This document shows positions 29,092 to 38,752 of a DNA stretch of 64,000 nt, piece by piece (positions within the stretch are counted from its first letter, which is position 1; every line of letters starts with the position of its first letter). The notes below the pieces were generated by a model. The model searched no databases. It had not been told where the DNA came from and was given only the letters and a program-made list of their open reading frames with translations. The translations under genes were made by a program, and so were the position numbers. The stretch comes from Thermoplasmata archaeon (lineage in GTDB: Archaea; Thermoplasmatota; Thermoplasmata; Thermoplasmatales; Thermoplasmataceae), in the NCBI GenBank assembly GCA_021820565.1, contig JAKADL010000001.1, positions 2,786-66,785 of the forward strand. The letters run 5' to 3'.

Positions 29092-29463
29092 TTATTTCCT
29101 GAGATAAGAATCGGTTCCATTAATCCAGTCGGATCTGATCGGATTGAATATATCCACGTCTAATGTATCTTCCAGGGCAATCGCACTGTGCTTCACATTG
29201 GATGGAATTACCAGAACCTCTCCTTCCCCAACATCTATATCCTTGCCCTCCAGTGTTAGTCTGAGTTTTCCCTTCATAATCCATGTGACCTGCTCATTCT
29301 CATGGCTATGCTCCGGAACCACACTGCCTTTTTTTATATCCAGCTGTGCCACCATGACCCGATCCCCATAGATCATTCGCCTGACAAACGTATCTGATAA
29401 CTGTTCCCTTTTAACCTGATCCCAGCTATATTTTTTAATCTCTGCCATGCTAATACAAGCCAT
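29092..29463 (-). CDS. Cupin-domain protein
   Basis: 123 aa with cupin motifs VVPEHSHENEQVTWIMKG and VLVIPSNVKHSAIA. Confidence 0.75.
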   Translation of the reverse strand: MACISMAEIKKYSWDQVKREQLSDTFVRRMIYGDRVMVAQLDIKKGSVVPEHSHENEQVTWIMKGKLRLTLEGKDIDVGEGEVLVIPSNVKHSAIALEDTLDVDIFNPIRSDWINGTDSYLRK

Positions 29464-29500
29464 AGTTGTTTATATATTTTGTCAAAATTACAATAAAAAT

Positions 29501-30286
29501 TTATATGGATTTAACAGCCCCACCATCTATCTGGATATTTGTACCGGTGATATATGAGGCCAGGGGAGAACAGAGAAATGCCACTAGGTTTCCTATTTCA
29601 TCCGGTTCCCCGAATCTACCCAGTGGTATCTCTGCCTTCAGATCGGCCTCAACTTCACTGATAGTTTTTCCGCTGGATTTTGATCTCTTTTCTATTATAT
29701 TTTTCAGGCGCTGGGTATAAAAATAACCCTGGGATATAGAATTTACGGTTATATTATATTTTCCAAGCTCAATGGAGAGCGTTTTACCCAGAGCCACAAC
29801 ACCAGACCTCAATGAATTGGAAATAGCAAAGTTTTCCAGTGGATTTTTGGTTGTCATTGATGTTATAAACACTATCCTCCCATTTCCGGATTTTATCATA
29901 TCCTCAGCACACATGCCGGCCATTCTTACTGTTGATTTCAGGATCATTTCTATGTTATAATCCCAGTCAGAATCGGTTAATTCCATGAAAGGGTCAACCC
30001 GTGGGTCTCCGTAATTCATCACCAGGAAGTCAACGTTTCCATATTTTTCATGTGCCAAATCTACAACCCTTACCAGATCATCTTTTTTGGAAAGGTCGGC
30101 CGATATTGCATTTATGTCCGAACCGGTTTCCTCTTTTATGGCCGTCTTAAGGGCCAGTATCTTTTCTTTATTCCTTGAAAAGGTTGTTATATTGGCGCCA
30201 TGTTTTGCCAGTACGGAAATTACGCCTTTACCTATGCCTGTACTACCTGCACATACAATCACATTCTTACCTTTAAGATCTTCCAT
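29501..30286 (-). CDS. Short-chain dehydrogenase/reductase family protein
   Basis: 261 aa with cofactor motif AGSTGIGKG and C-terminal IQIDGG. The usual YxxxK position appears to read S-N-S-L-R, which needs a proper alignment to confirm. Confidence 0.8.
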   Translation of the reverse strand: MEDLKGKNVIVCAGSTGIGKGVISVLAKHGANITTFSRNKEKILALKTAIKEETGSDINAISADLSKKDDLVRVVDLAHEKYGNVDFLVMNYGDPRVDPFMELTDSDWDYNIEMILKSTVRMAGMCAEDMIKSGNGRIVFITSMTTKNPLENFAISNSLRSGVVALGKTLSIELGKYNITVNSISQGYFYTQRLKNIIEKRSKSSGKTISEVEADLKAEIPLGRFGEPDEIGNLVAFLCSPLASYITGTNIQIDGGAVKSI

Positions 30287-30346
30287 ATAAATATAATGTA
30301 AAGATATAAATTAATATATCGAAAAATAAAATTAAATTACTGGAAC

Positions 30347-31000
30347 TTATTCCAGTTCGAGGGCAACTACCCGGGCCATGGATCCACTTGCGCCGTATAA
30401 TTTAAGCGGCAATGCTATGACAAAGTATTCCTTTCCAGGTGTCAGCTGTTCAAGGTTCGTAAGATCTTCAATGAATGCCATATCCTTTGCAAGAAGCGCT
30501 TTATGAACTCTGAAATCTGCATGGTCATATGGGTCGATTCCGAGAGTATCAATGCCCAGCAATCTGGGATGGTGCTTCACCAGAAAATCTACAGCATCTG
30601 AGGAAAATCCAGGAAACTTATACTGGAATTCCTCGGTATATCCACGTTTCTTGGACCATCCGGTATTCACAAGTATTATGTTCCCATCATATTCTGGTCT
30701 CCATACCTTTTCCAGTGCAGAACCATGGATTTCAGTACCTTCTATATCAGGCCTTATGCAGTAACCGGAACCTATAATCTGTTCCAGTGGTATTTTGTCC
30801 ACTGTCCTGCCACCATCGATCATATGATAAGGTGCATCTATATGGGTTCCTGTGTGGGTAACAGACTCATATTTTTCCACTGCATAACCATCTCTCGCCA
30901 GGAGCCCTATAGGATCAACCCGTACCAGAGGGTTTGTTGGCCAGCATGGCATATTAGTCTTTACATCAACCGAAAGGTCAAAATATTTCCTAACTTTCAT
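30347..31000 (-). CDS. Cyclase-family protein (kynurenine formamidase-like metal hydrolase)
   Basis: 217 aa with the HTGTHIDAPYH signature. Confidence 0.8.
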   Translation of the reverse strand: MKVRKYFDLSVDVKTNMPCWPTNPLVRVDPIGLLARDGYAVEKYESVTHTGTHIDAPYHMIDGGRTVDKIPLEQIIGSGYCIRPDIEGTEIHGSALEKVWRPEYDGNIILVNTGWSKKRGYTEEFQYKFPGFSSDAVDFLVKHHPRLLGIDTLGIDPYDHADFRVHKALLAKDMAFIEDLTNLEQLTPGKEYFVIALPLKLYGASGSMARVVALELE

Positions 31001-31189
31001 AATATTATAATATTAACCTATATTTATAAATTTCTTTAATTCCAATTTATAACAATTTTTTTCCTGCCATACTGAAATCTTTGGAATTATCAAATATTAT
31101 TAATTTGCTTAGTTTGCTTATTATACTATATAAACACCTAAACAAATTTTTTAAATTTGGATTTTTTTTTGAGCGTGCTTTGCTAAACC

Positions 31190-32839
31190 ATGTCACAAAC
31201 TATTAATATAGGATATGATTTATATTTTATGAATACTTCTAATAATGAAGATCTGACAAAGAGAAAATATAGAAAGGATATAGGGTTGTGGGGTGTGGTA
31301 ATGCTTGCCCTGGGAGGGATACTGGGACCTGCGATTGCCTATGCGCCAGTTTATACTCTTGCCTACGCAGGACCGGCTGGAATTCTTGCGTGGCCACTGG
31401 CCATGCTTATGATAATACCGATCGGGCTGGTATTCGCAGAGCTGGGAACCACATATCCCAAAGCTGGAGGGGTTGCGTATTACCCATCACAGAGCAATGG
31501 CCCCGTGGTGGGTGCCCTCAACGGATGGGCATCCATGGTGGGATACCTGTTTGTTGGGCCGGTGATAGTTTTTGCAGTGGTAGAATATATGAGCTTTTAT
31601 TACCCGCCATTATATAATAATGGAACACTTACATATCTCGGTATTGCTGTTGCTGAAATTGTTCTCGTTCTGGTATTCGCAATCAATGTTATGAGAATCA
31701 AGCATATGGGCGAAATAAATCTGATATTGACGGTAATAACGCTTATACTCATAGGTGTTGTCGTTATCACACTGGCATTTTATTTCAAACCGTCCAACCT
31801 TGTATCAAAAAGTGTCGGTGGATTTGCACCCTATGGATTCACCGGACTCTTTGGTGCAATAACCCTGACTGTTTTTGGGTACGGAGGTTTCAGGCAACCC
31901 ATAGATTATTCTGAGGAAGTAAAGGATCCGGGAAAAAGTATTCCCCTGGCCATAATTGCTGCCCTTCTGATATCAGGGCTAGTATTCACACTGGAATCCC
32001 TAGTATTTGCCGGTGCGGTTAATTTTGCCGGTTTCGGGATTGCACCGGGAGACTGGGCGGCATTTTTCCAGTATAGCTCACCATATGCAACTATTTCCAA
32101 GGTACTTGTAATTCCCGCCCTGGTAATAATAGCAATTATAGTGGCCCTTATAGCAACTTTCAAGGATGGTGTCATATACTATGGAAGTACGGCAAGGGTC
32201 GGAGAGGTTCTATCAAGGGACGATAAATTCTTGCCTAAACTGTTTAACAAAATGAGTCTGAGAGGAGTTCCCATATATTCCATTATCCTGGTTCTGGTGG
32301 TAACTGTCGTACTGGTTGCACTGGGAAAATCACTGGCAACAATCATAGGAATAATGGTGGATGGATTCCTTCTTTCATATGCACCGGGAGCAATCAGCCT
32401 GATGGTATTCAGAAAAACAGACCCTGACAAAAAAAGACCTTTTAAATTGCCTTTTGCCGGTGTCCTTGCACCGACAGCATTTATTATTGCCAATTTACTG
32501 GTTTACTGGTCAGGCTTTAGCTCTGTTGAAATCATAATACCGCTGGACCTTGCCGGACTGCTACTTATAATAGTTTACCATCACTACAACAAAATCGATG
32601 TCAAATATGCCATGTATGGATTATGGATGCCGATTTACCTTATATTCGTATTATTTATGTCATATATAGGAAGCAGCTTCTTCGGCGGTATCAATATAAT
32701 TCCATTCCCATATGACTCGCTTGTGTTCATAATTGTAACTCTTGCTTTCTATGTTGTCGGTGTCGGAACCGGTATCAGGGGTGTGCAATATATGAATAAA
32801 AAAACTGCGGATTTACAGAAAAGTGCTATAAATGAGTGA
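31190..32839 (+). CDS. Amino acid/polyamine permease (APC superfamily)
   Basis: 549 aa with about 12 or more hydrophobic spans and an APC-like N-terminal GxG-containing TM1 (GGILGPAIAY). Confidence 0.8.
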   Translation: MSQTINIGYDLYFMNTSNNEDLTKRKYRKDIGLWGVVMLALGGILGPAIAYAPVYTLAYAGPAGILAWPLAMLMIIPIGLVFAELGTTYPKAGGVAYYPSQSNGPVVGALNGWASMVGYLFVGPVIVFAVVEYMSFYYPPLYNNGTLTYLGIAVAEIVLVLVFAINVMRIKHMGEINLILTVITLILIGVVVITLAFYFKPSNLVSKSVGGFAPYGFTGLFGAITLTVFGYGGFRQPIDYSEEVKDPGKSIPLAIIAALLISGLVFTLESLVFAGAVNFAGFGIAPGDWAAFFQYSSPYATISKVLVIPALVIIAIIVALIATFKDGVIYYGSTARVGEVLSRDDKFLPKLFNKMSLRGVPIYSIILVLVVTVVLVALGKSLATIIGIMVDGFLLSYAPGAISLMVFRKTDPDKKRPFKLPFAGVLAPTAFIIANLLVYWSGFSSVEIIIPLDLAGLLLIIVYHHYNKIDVKYAMYGLWMPIYLIFVLFMSYIGSSFFGGINIIPFPYDSLVFIIVTLAFYVVGVGTGIRGVQYMNKKTADLQKSAINE

Positions 32840-32951
32840 TACTTTTATTTTTATTTAAAATATATTATTTCTTAATAAATAATATAGAATATATTTTTAT
32901 TATTTACTTTTTTTATAGAAAACCTTAAATTATTAATATATATGTATTTTC

Positions 32952-33461
32952 ATGACTGAAAGAATCAATAATATCAATATGGAAGTTGTCAGTGAAACCA
33001 GCAAAAAAATAAAGGATGCGAAGGGACATTTCCTGGCTGAAAAACACATAAATGGTGAGTTCCATTTTGACGGTAGCCCCATGTTTACAGCTGAACTTAA
33101 ATCTGAGATGGCGACATTTGTCATGGGCGCCGATGAGCCCGGAGTTCTGGGTGGCAGGGGTGTCCAGCCTACGCCATTAAATTACCTCATGATGGGAGTA
33201 ATGTCCTGCTATGCTTCTACAGTTGCCATCCAGGCTGCAAAAAAAGGAGTAAAGCTGGGTAAATTGAAATTTATCGGGCACCTTTATTATGACATAGGGC
33301 CCGTCGTGGAGGATCTGGATTTTCCAATTATCAAAGCTTTAAATATAGATGTTGAAGCGGATAAAGAAATAGGAGAAATACTGAAACTATCAGAAAAAGC
33401 CTGTCCTGCTCTTTATGCAATTAGAAATCCGATTAAAACTGAAATTAAACAGATAAAATAA
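32952..33461 (+). CDS. OsmC/Ohr-family peroxiredoxin-like protein
   Basis: 169 aa with two conserved Cys contexts (GVMSCYAS and EKACPAL). Confidence 0.75.
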   Translation: MTERINNINMEVVSETSKKIKDAKGHFLAEKHINGEFHFDGSPMFTAELKSEMATFVMGADEPGVLGGRGVQPTPLNYLMMGVMSCYASTVAIQAAKKGVKLGKLKFIGHLYYDIGPVVEDLDFPIIKALNIDVEADKEIGEILKLSEKACPALYAIRNPIKTEIKQIK

Positions 33462-35816
33462 CTAAATTTTATAATGCTTAAAAACTATATTTTTTATGGA
33501 ATCCATGAATACCATCCAGACAAAGGTCAATGCTATGCTTATAACAATGAATTCCAGCGGTATAGCAGTAACCAGTATTCCGTAATATGAAAGTGACGAT
33601 ATAACCAGGATGTCAAGAATGCTCGAAATCAATAAAATATTGGACGGCCTGGAACTGAAAAATCTCTTTCTTTCTCTTACCATGTATACAGTAAACTGCC
33701 CCGAAAAAACAAGCATATCGAAGATGAATGTATGCAGCTGGTTGATTCCTAGGTGTGCGTACATACCGATATAAAGAAATATGAATCCCTCTACTACAAG
33801 CATTGAAGAGAGTATCACAGATGAAGAAATAAGAGATCTGACATTCCATTTTTCAGGCTTTAAGGAAAAACCAACATTGTCGGTTGCTATTGACATTGTT
33901 ACAAAGTCATTGGCGAATATCAACAGGATGACATCGAAAGGTGTGGTAACAAAAAACCTGACAACAAAAAATGAAAGTGTAAGGAAAAAGGCTACCTGTA
34001 TTGTTTTCATTATCTTATTCAGGGTATATGTCAGCATTCTCTGATAGATTCTCCTTCCTGATTTGATCCCGTCCACTATATCGGTGAGGCCGGGATGCGT
34101 TAGAACTACACTTGCTGATGCCTTTGCCACATCAGTGGCTGATGCAACGGCAACCCCGAATTCTGCCTGCTTCAGGGCAGGCGAATCATTTACACCATCA
34201 CCAGTCATGCCCACAATATGCCCTGTTTTCTGCAATGCCTTGACAATGTAGTATTTATCCTCAGGAAATACTTCTGCAAAGACGGAGCAGTCCGATGATG
34301 AGATACCGTTATCCTTTAAATTCCCGGTTTCACATAGTTTCTTGTCAAGGCCTATCTCACCTGCAACTTCCTCTGCAATCAATCGGTTATCCCCTGTTAT
34401 CATTACCGGTGAAACATTTATACCCTTTAATTCAGAAATAAGCATTTTTGAATCTTTTCTCGGGGGATCATATAATGGTATGATTCCTTTGATTTCAAGC
34501 TTATCTGTTCCTGTTGCTATGGCAATAATCCTGAAGCCCTGTGAAGAAAAATATTTCACGTCATCACTGTAAGTATCAGGAACAGTTTCACAGAGGCCTG
34601 CAACCATCTGTGGTGCACCTTTTATGATTCTGGTCTGTACACCGTTCTGCAGAATTACTGCCTCAGTTCTTTTAATTGCCGGGTCAAACGGCACAAATTT
34701 GGTTCTTATGGAATAATCGGGTTTTATGGACTTTGTTTCACCGTAATCCAGAATAGCATTATCTATAGGGTCCTCGCTTTCTCTCTCGGAGGCATAGGAT
34801 GCATAGAGTATGAGTCCGGCTTCGTCTCCAGAGTAAACCTTGGGTTCGCGGAGGGTTAACTTATCCTCTGTTATGGTTCCCGTCTTATCCATGCACAGTG
34901 TATCCATGGATGCAGCATCCTCTATTGCTGAGAGCCTTGTAACTATTTCACCGCGTCTGGACATGTGCAGTGCGCCCAGTGCCATTGCAATAGTGAATGT
35001 TGCCGGCAGTGCAACCGGAATTGATGCTATCAGTACCACAAGGGCGAATGGGATTACGTCGGTGAGGCTTACGCCAGCATATATTGAAAAGAATATGAGT
35101 GCAACAACGAGGATTATATCTATTGCTATAAGGTCCTTGACGATGCTCATTATGAGCTCTTCGATGTGCGATTTTGTTTTTGCGGTTTCCACCAGTTCTG
35201 TGGTTTTGCCGAAATATGTTTTTGTGCCTGTTGAGGTAACTACCCCGTTTGCCTCACCGCGCTTTACTATGGAGCTGGAATAAACAGTATCTCCCTTTTT
35301 TCTGGTGACCGATAATGATTCTCCCGTTAATGCTGACTGGTCTATTTCCAGTTCGTTATCTATAATCTTTATATCAGCCGGTATCACATCTCCCAGTCTT
35401 AAATGTACCATATCGCCCGGAACCAGCATTCTGGCAGGCAAAACTACCCATTTTTTATCCCTCAGTACTCTTGCCTGTACAGAAAGTTTCTTTTTCAGTA
35501 ATTCTACAGCATTATCTGCCTTTGATTCCTGCGTATAGGATATTATCCCGTTGAAGACAACCAGAAAGGCAATTATTATGGTATCATCATATTTATGAAG
35601 AAAAAATGTTATGATTATGGTAACTTCCAGCATCCACGGAATAGGAGCCCAGAATTTTTTCAGGAATTTGATGATATTACTCTGTTTTTTTTCGGCAACT
35701 TCATTATAACCATATTTCTGCAATCTGCTTTCAGCATCAGTTGTGCTGAGTCCATCGGAGGTTGCATTTAAATTCTGAAATGTTGTTTCCAGGTTATTGC
35801 TATCCTGTTTATCCAT
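33462..35816 (-). CDS. P-type ATPase, type IIIA-like (plasma-membrane H+-ATPase type)
   Basis: 784 aa with TGES (ALTGESLSV), phosphorylation site CMDKTGTITEDKL, MITGDN, and the hinge GDGVNDSPALKQAEFGVAV. Overall layout resembles fungal/plant H+-ATPases. Confidence 0.85.
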   Translation of the reverse strand: MDKQDSNNLETTFQNLNATSDGLSTTDAESRLQKYGYNEVAEKKQSNIIKFLKKFWAPIPWMLEVTIIITFFLHKYDDTIIIAFLVVFNGIISYTQESKADNAVELLKKKLSVQARVLRDKKWVVLPARMLVPGDMVHLRLGDVIPADIKIIDNELEIDQSALTGESLSVTRKKGDTVYSSSIVKRGEANGVVTSTGTKTYFGKTTELVETAKTKSHIEELIMSIVKDLIAIDIILVVALIFFSIYAGVSLTDVIPFALVVLIASIPVALPATFTIAMALGALHMSRRGEIVTRLSAIEDAASMDTLCMDKTGTITEDKLTLREPKVYSGDEAGLILYASYASERESEDPIDNAILDYGETKSIKPDYSIRTKFVPFDPAIKRTEAVILQNGVQTRIIKGAPQMVAGLCETVPDTYSDDVKYFSSQGFRIIAIATGTDKLEIKGIIPLYDPPRKDSKMLISELKGINVSPVMITGDNRLIAEEVAGEIGLDKKLCETGNLKDNGISSSDCSVFAEVFPEDKYYIVKALQKTGHIVGMTGDGVNDSPALKQAEFGVAVASATDVAKASASVVLTHPGLTDIVDGIKSGRRIYQRMLTYTLNKIMKTIQVAFFLTLSFFVVRFFVTTPFDVILLIFANDFVTMSIATDNVGFSLKPEKWNVRSLISSSVILSSMLVVEGFIFLYIGMYAHLGINQLHTFIFDMLVFSGQFTVYMVRERKRFFSSRPSNILLISSILDILVISSLSYYGILVTAIPLEFIVISIALTFVWMVFMDSIKNIVFKHYKI

Positions 35817-35890
35817 AAAATCAATAAATGATAGGGATATGAAATATAAATTTATTTAAAGTTATAATAATATTCAGGAAAATGAGATGT

Positions 35891-37105
35891 TTATTTTATT
35901 CCCGCTTTCTGCCCGGAGTCCATGGCCATGCCTTTCTTATGCTTCAGATTGGAAATGAATATTGTAGAATTGTTCCCGTATCTTTTGAAGAGGTATATTG
36001 CCGATGCTATGACCGGGATTATGAGTATAAAAAATGAATAATCATATCCTATGAATCCCACTATATAACCGAATACCAGTGGTATTATCATGAACAGCAC
36101 ATTATTGTATGCCATAAAGTATGAGTTTGCAGCGCTTCTCTGTTCAATTGTTGTCCCCCTGGCGATCATGATAGTGGACATGGGGAATATTGAACCATGT
36201 GGAATTCCAAGGAGCATCATGAGAAGAAGGAAATCTGTAAATGTTGAAAGGAAAGGAAACATTGTAAGTGAAAATCCGGTAATGATTATGGAAATAACCA
36301 GCGGTATCTTTATATGTTTTAACGGGCGAATTGTAAGTACAATCCTTGTAAGGAATGAAACTGAAAAGAAGTAAATATATGGAGAATATGCAACTGCCCC
36401 GGAAACATGGAATTTTGATATAGCATACAGGGTTAGGAAGATGCTCAATGCAGCAAATGGTACATTATATGTGGTTACTGTCAGTATGCTTGCCCTTAAC
36501 CCATCATTTTTCATTACATTTGCCCGGGTTTCATTCTTCGTGTCTGGAAATTTTATCATTGTAGATACTATTAAACCTGCAAGTACTACCGGAATAAAAA
36601 ATAAAAACACATATCTGTAACTTACAAAGGTAAGCACATAATCCTCAATTGTAGGCCCCAGAATGAGGCTGAGGCTCAATCCCACTGAATACAGGGATAT
36701 CAATCTTTCCCGTTCTCTCTGATCTTTCAGGAGAGATGATGAAGTAATAAGATTGGGCATCATTATGCCATATGCAAGGCCGGCCAGTGCTGAAATCAGC
36801 CATATTGTTATGCCATCAGCAAAGTAATAGCCTACAAGGGATACCAGTATTGCCACATTGGCACCGATAAATAATTTTCTTCTGAGAACGGAATTAAGCC
36901 TTGGATTTATATAGAATGTAACAGTGAAGGTAAATAGATATATTACTGCAGATATGATTCCCACAAGGAACCTTGAAAAACCTAGGTCTATTTTTGCGAG
37001 AAGTGGTACAGTGGTAATTATCATATTGTTTGTTGCCCTCATTGAAAAAGTCATTATTATTACTGTAATTGCAAGATAAATAAAGCTGATATTTTTCTTT
37101 TCCAT
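35891..37105 (-). CDS. MFS transporter
   Basis: 404 aa with about 12 predicted hydrophobic helices. No soluble domain. Confidence 0.7.
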   Translation of the reverse strand: MEKKNISFIYLAITVIIMTFSMRATNNMIITTVPLLAKIDLGFSRFLVGIISAVIYLFTFTVTFYINPRLNSVLRRKLFIGANVAILVSLVGYYFADGITIWLISALAGLAYGIMMPNLITSSSLLKDQRERERLISLYSVGLSLSLILGPTIEDYVLTFVSYRYVFLFFIPVVLAGLIVSTMIKFPDTKNETRANVMKNDGLRASILTVTTYNVPFAALSIFLTLYAISKFHVSGAVAYSPYIYFFSVSFLTRIVLTIRPLKHIKIPLVISIIITGFSLTMFPFLSTFTDFLLLMMLLGIPHGSIFPMSTIMIARGTTIEQRSAANSYFMAYNNVLFMIIPLVFGYIVGFIGYDYSFFILIIPVIASAIYLFKRYGNNSTIFISNLKHKKGMAMDSGQKAGIK

Positions 37106-37210
37106 AAATACCTTTTTCAGATATTACAGAATAATATATAAATATTTATCCGATAATTATATTCTTATAAAATGTTCATTGATAAATTATATACAAACTT
37201 ATATCTATGA

Positions 37211-38014
37211 ATGAAATTAGTTAATATGGAAAAAATCCTCCTCATGGATGCAGATGAAAGTTTCGGTTTCAGATTTGCAAAGGATTTTGCCGAGACATAT
37301 GACATTCATTTACTTTATCCAGGAAAAGGAATCAAAAATTATATTGAATCAATTATGTCCATGGAGGATAATTTTGACTATATAATAAATAATTTCAATA
37401 TACCATTTTATTCAAATAATTACGAATATATGAAAATGAATAGCGGTACCCAGGAGATAATAAACTCAAGATTCAAACACGGGGAAAAAATACTGATATC
37501 TAACCAGATGGTTTACTCATCATCAGCGCAGGCAAAAATTGAAAGTGCAATTACAGAACCTGAAACGGAATATGGAAAATCAAAATTATATGCTGAGAAG
37601 CTTGCAGAAGAAAATAAGGATTTTCTTATTGTTAGAAGTGGAATGATCTACGGCAAATGCACATATAATATTTATACAGATATCCTTACTGCCATAAGGG
37701 GAAAAATACCTTTGAAACTTGACAACAGTATAATTTTAAATCCAGTATTGAATTCTGACCTTGCACTGGTGGTGGAAAAGGCAATGAAGGACAGGGAATC
37801 TCATGTCATTAATGTCGCAGCCGGTGATTCTATGACATTATATCAGTTCGGCAGGCGTCTTTATGATTCAGTGAACACTGATAGCTGCCCTTTCATAAAG
37901 ATAAATGCAGGAAAAGTATTGGATTATAATATTGATTCAACACGAGTCGAAAAAACATATAAAATCAAATTTACAGATCTTGAAAGTATTGATTTTCTGA
38001 ATTTCATGCGATAA
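37211..38014 (+). CDS. NAD-dependent epimerase/reductase-like protein (RmlD-like) with a degenerate nucleotide-binding N-terminus
   Basis: 267 aa with a YGKSKLYAEK (YxxxK) motif. The N-terminus reads ILLMDADESFGFRFA instead of GxxGxxG. Confidence 0.45.
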   Translation: MKLVNMEKILLMDADESFGFRFAKDFAETYDIHLLYPGKGIKNYIESIMSMEDNFDYIINNFNIPFYSNNYEYMKMNSGTQEIINSRFKHGEKILISNQMVYSSSAQAKIESAITEPETEYGKSKLYAEKLAEENKDFLIVRSGMIYGKCTYNIYTDILTAIRGKIPLKLDNSIILNPVLNSDLALVVEKAMKDRESHVINVAAGDSMTLYQFGRRLYDSVNTDSCPFIKINAGKVLDYNIDSTRVEKTYKIKFTDLESIDFLNFMR

Positions 38015-38020
38015 TTTTCA

Positions 38021-38752
38021 TTATAAATCTAGCAGTTTCAGCAGGAATGGCCTTACCGATGAATAGTCTATGCTATATTTTGCATATGTGTCCTGATCTC
38101 CCACCTTGATTGTGATGGCATCAGGGTTGAGCTTAAAAGCATCTTCGTCTGTTGCATCATCGCCCATAATAATTGCCTGCCTATTCTTGTTTCTCAGCAA
38201 CTTTATTGCATTTCCTTTATCGACACGGGGCATTCTCAATTCCAGTATATCTATGCCAGTATACAGATTCATATTAAATTCCCGGGAAAGGCCTATTATA
38301 ATTTTCCTGAGTTCCCTTATTTTTCCAGGATTTTTAATATTTCCGGTGTGGAATAGCAAACCACCAGATTTTCTATATATTCTCAGACCCGGAAATTCAT
38401 CCACAAGATAACTGTTTTCACTGTAAAGTTTTCCTGATAACTGTTCATATTTTTTGAAACCGGGAACTGCTAGATTTTCTCCCTGTATGCGAAAGGTCGC
38501 ACCGTGTAGGCCTATTATATTATATTCCCCAATAAACCGCATTATTTCACATATATCCCTACCGGTAACTATGTATGTTTCATAGGCAGTATTTAATGAT
38601 GCAAGTAGTTCAATAAGTGATTTATCTGCCTGATTGAATTCCGGATCATTGATTATAGGAACCAGTGTTCCATCATAATCCAGGAAAATCTGGGGTACCT
38701 GGCCCATTATGCCCTTGATCCGGCTCAGAAGTTGATTTTCATTGATTATCAT
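38021..38752 (-). CDS. otsB: Trehalose-6-phosphate phosphatase (HAD family)
   Basis: 243 aa with HAD motif I FLDYDGTLVPI and the late motif GDDATDEDAF. Overlaps otsA by 14 nt. Confidence 0.8.
   Translation of the reverse strand: MIINENQLLSRIKGIMGQVPQIFLDYDGTLVPIINDPEFNQADKSLIELLASLNTAYETYIVTGRDICEIMRFIGEYNIIGLHGATFRIQGENLAVPGFKKYEQLSGKLYSENSYLVDEFPGLRIYRKSGGLLFHTGNIKNPGKIRELRKIIIGLSREFNMNLYTGIDILELRMPRVDKGNAIKLLRNKNRQAIIMGDDATDEDAFKLNPDAITIKVGDQDTYAKYSIDYSSVRPFLLKLLDL

Noticed and set aside
31001-31189. An 8-bp inverted repeat AATTCCAA...TTGGAATT with a 39-nt spacer, and a tandem TTTGCTTA(G)TTTGCTTA, both upstream of the permease gene.
   Set aside because: They are short, widely spaced and fully compatible with chance in an AT-rich intergenic region.
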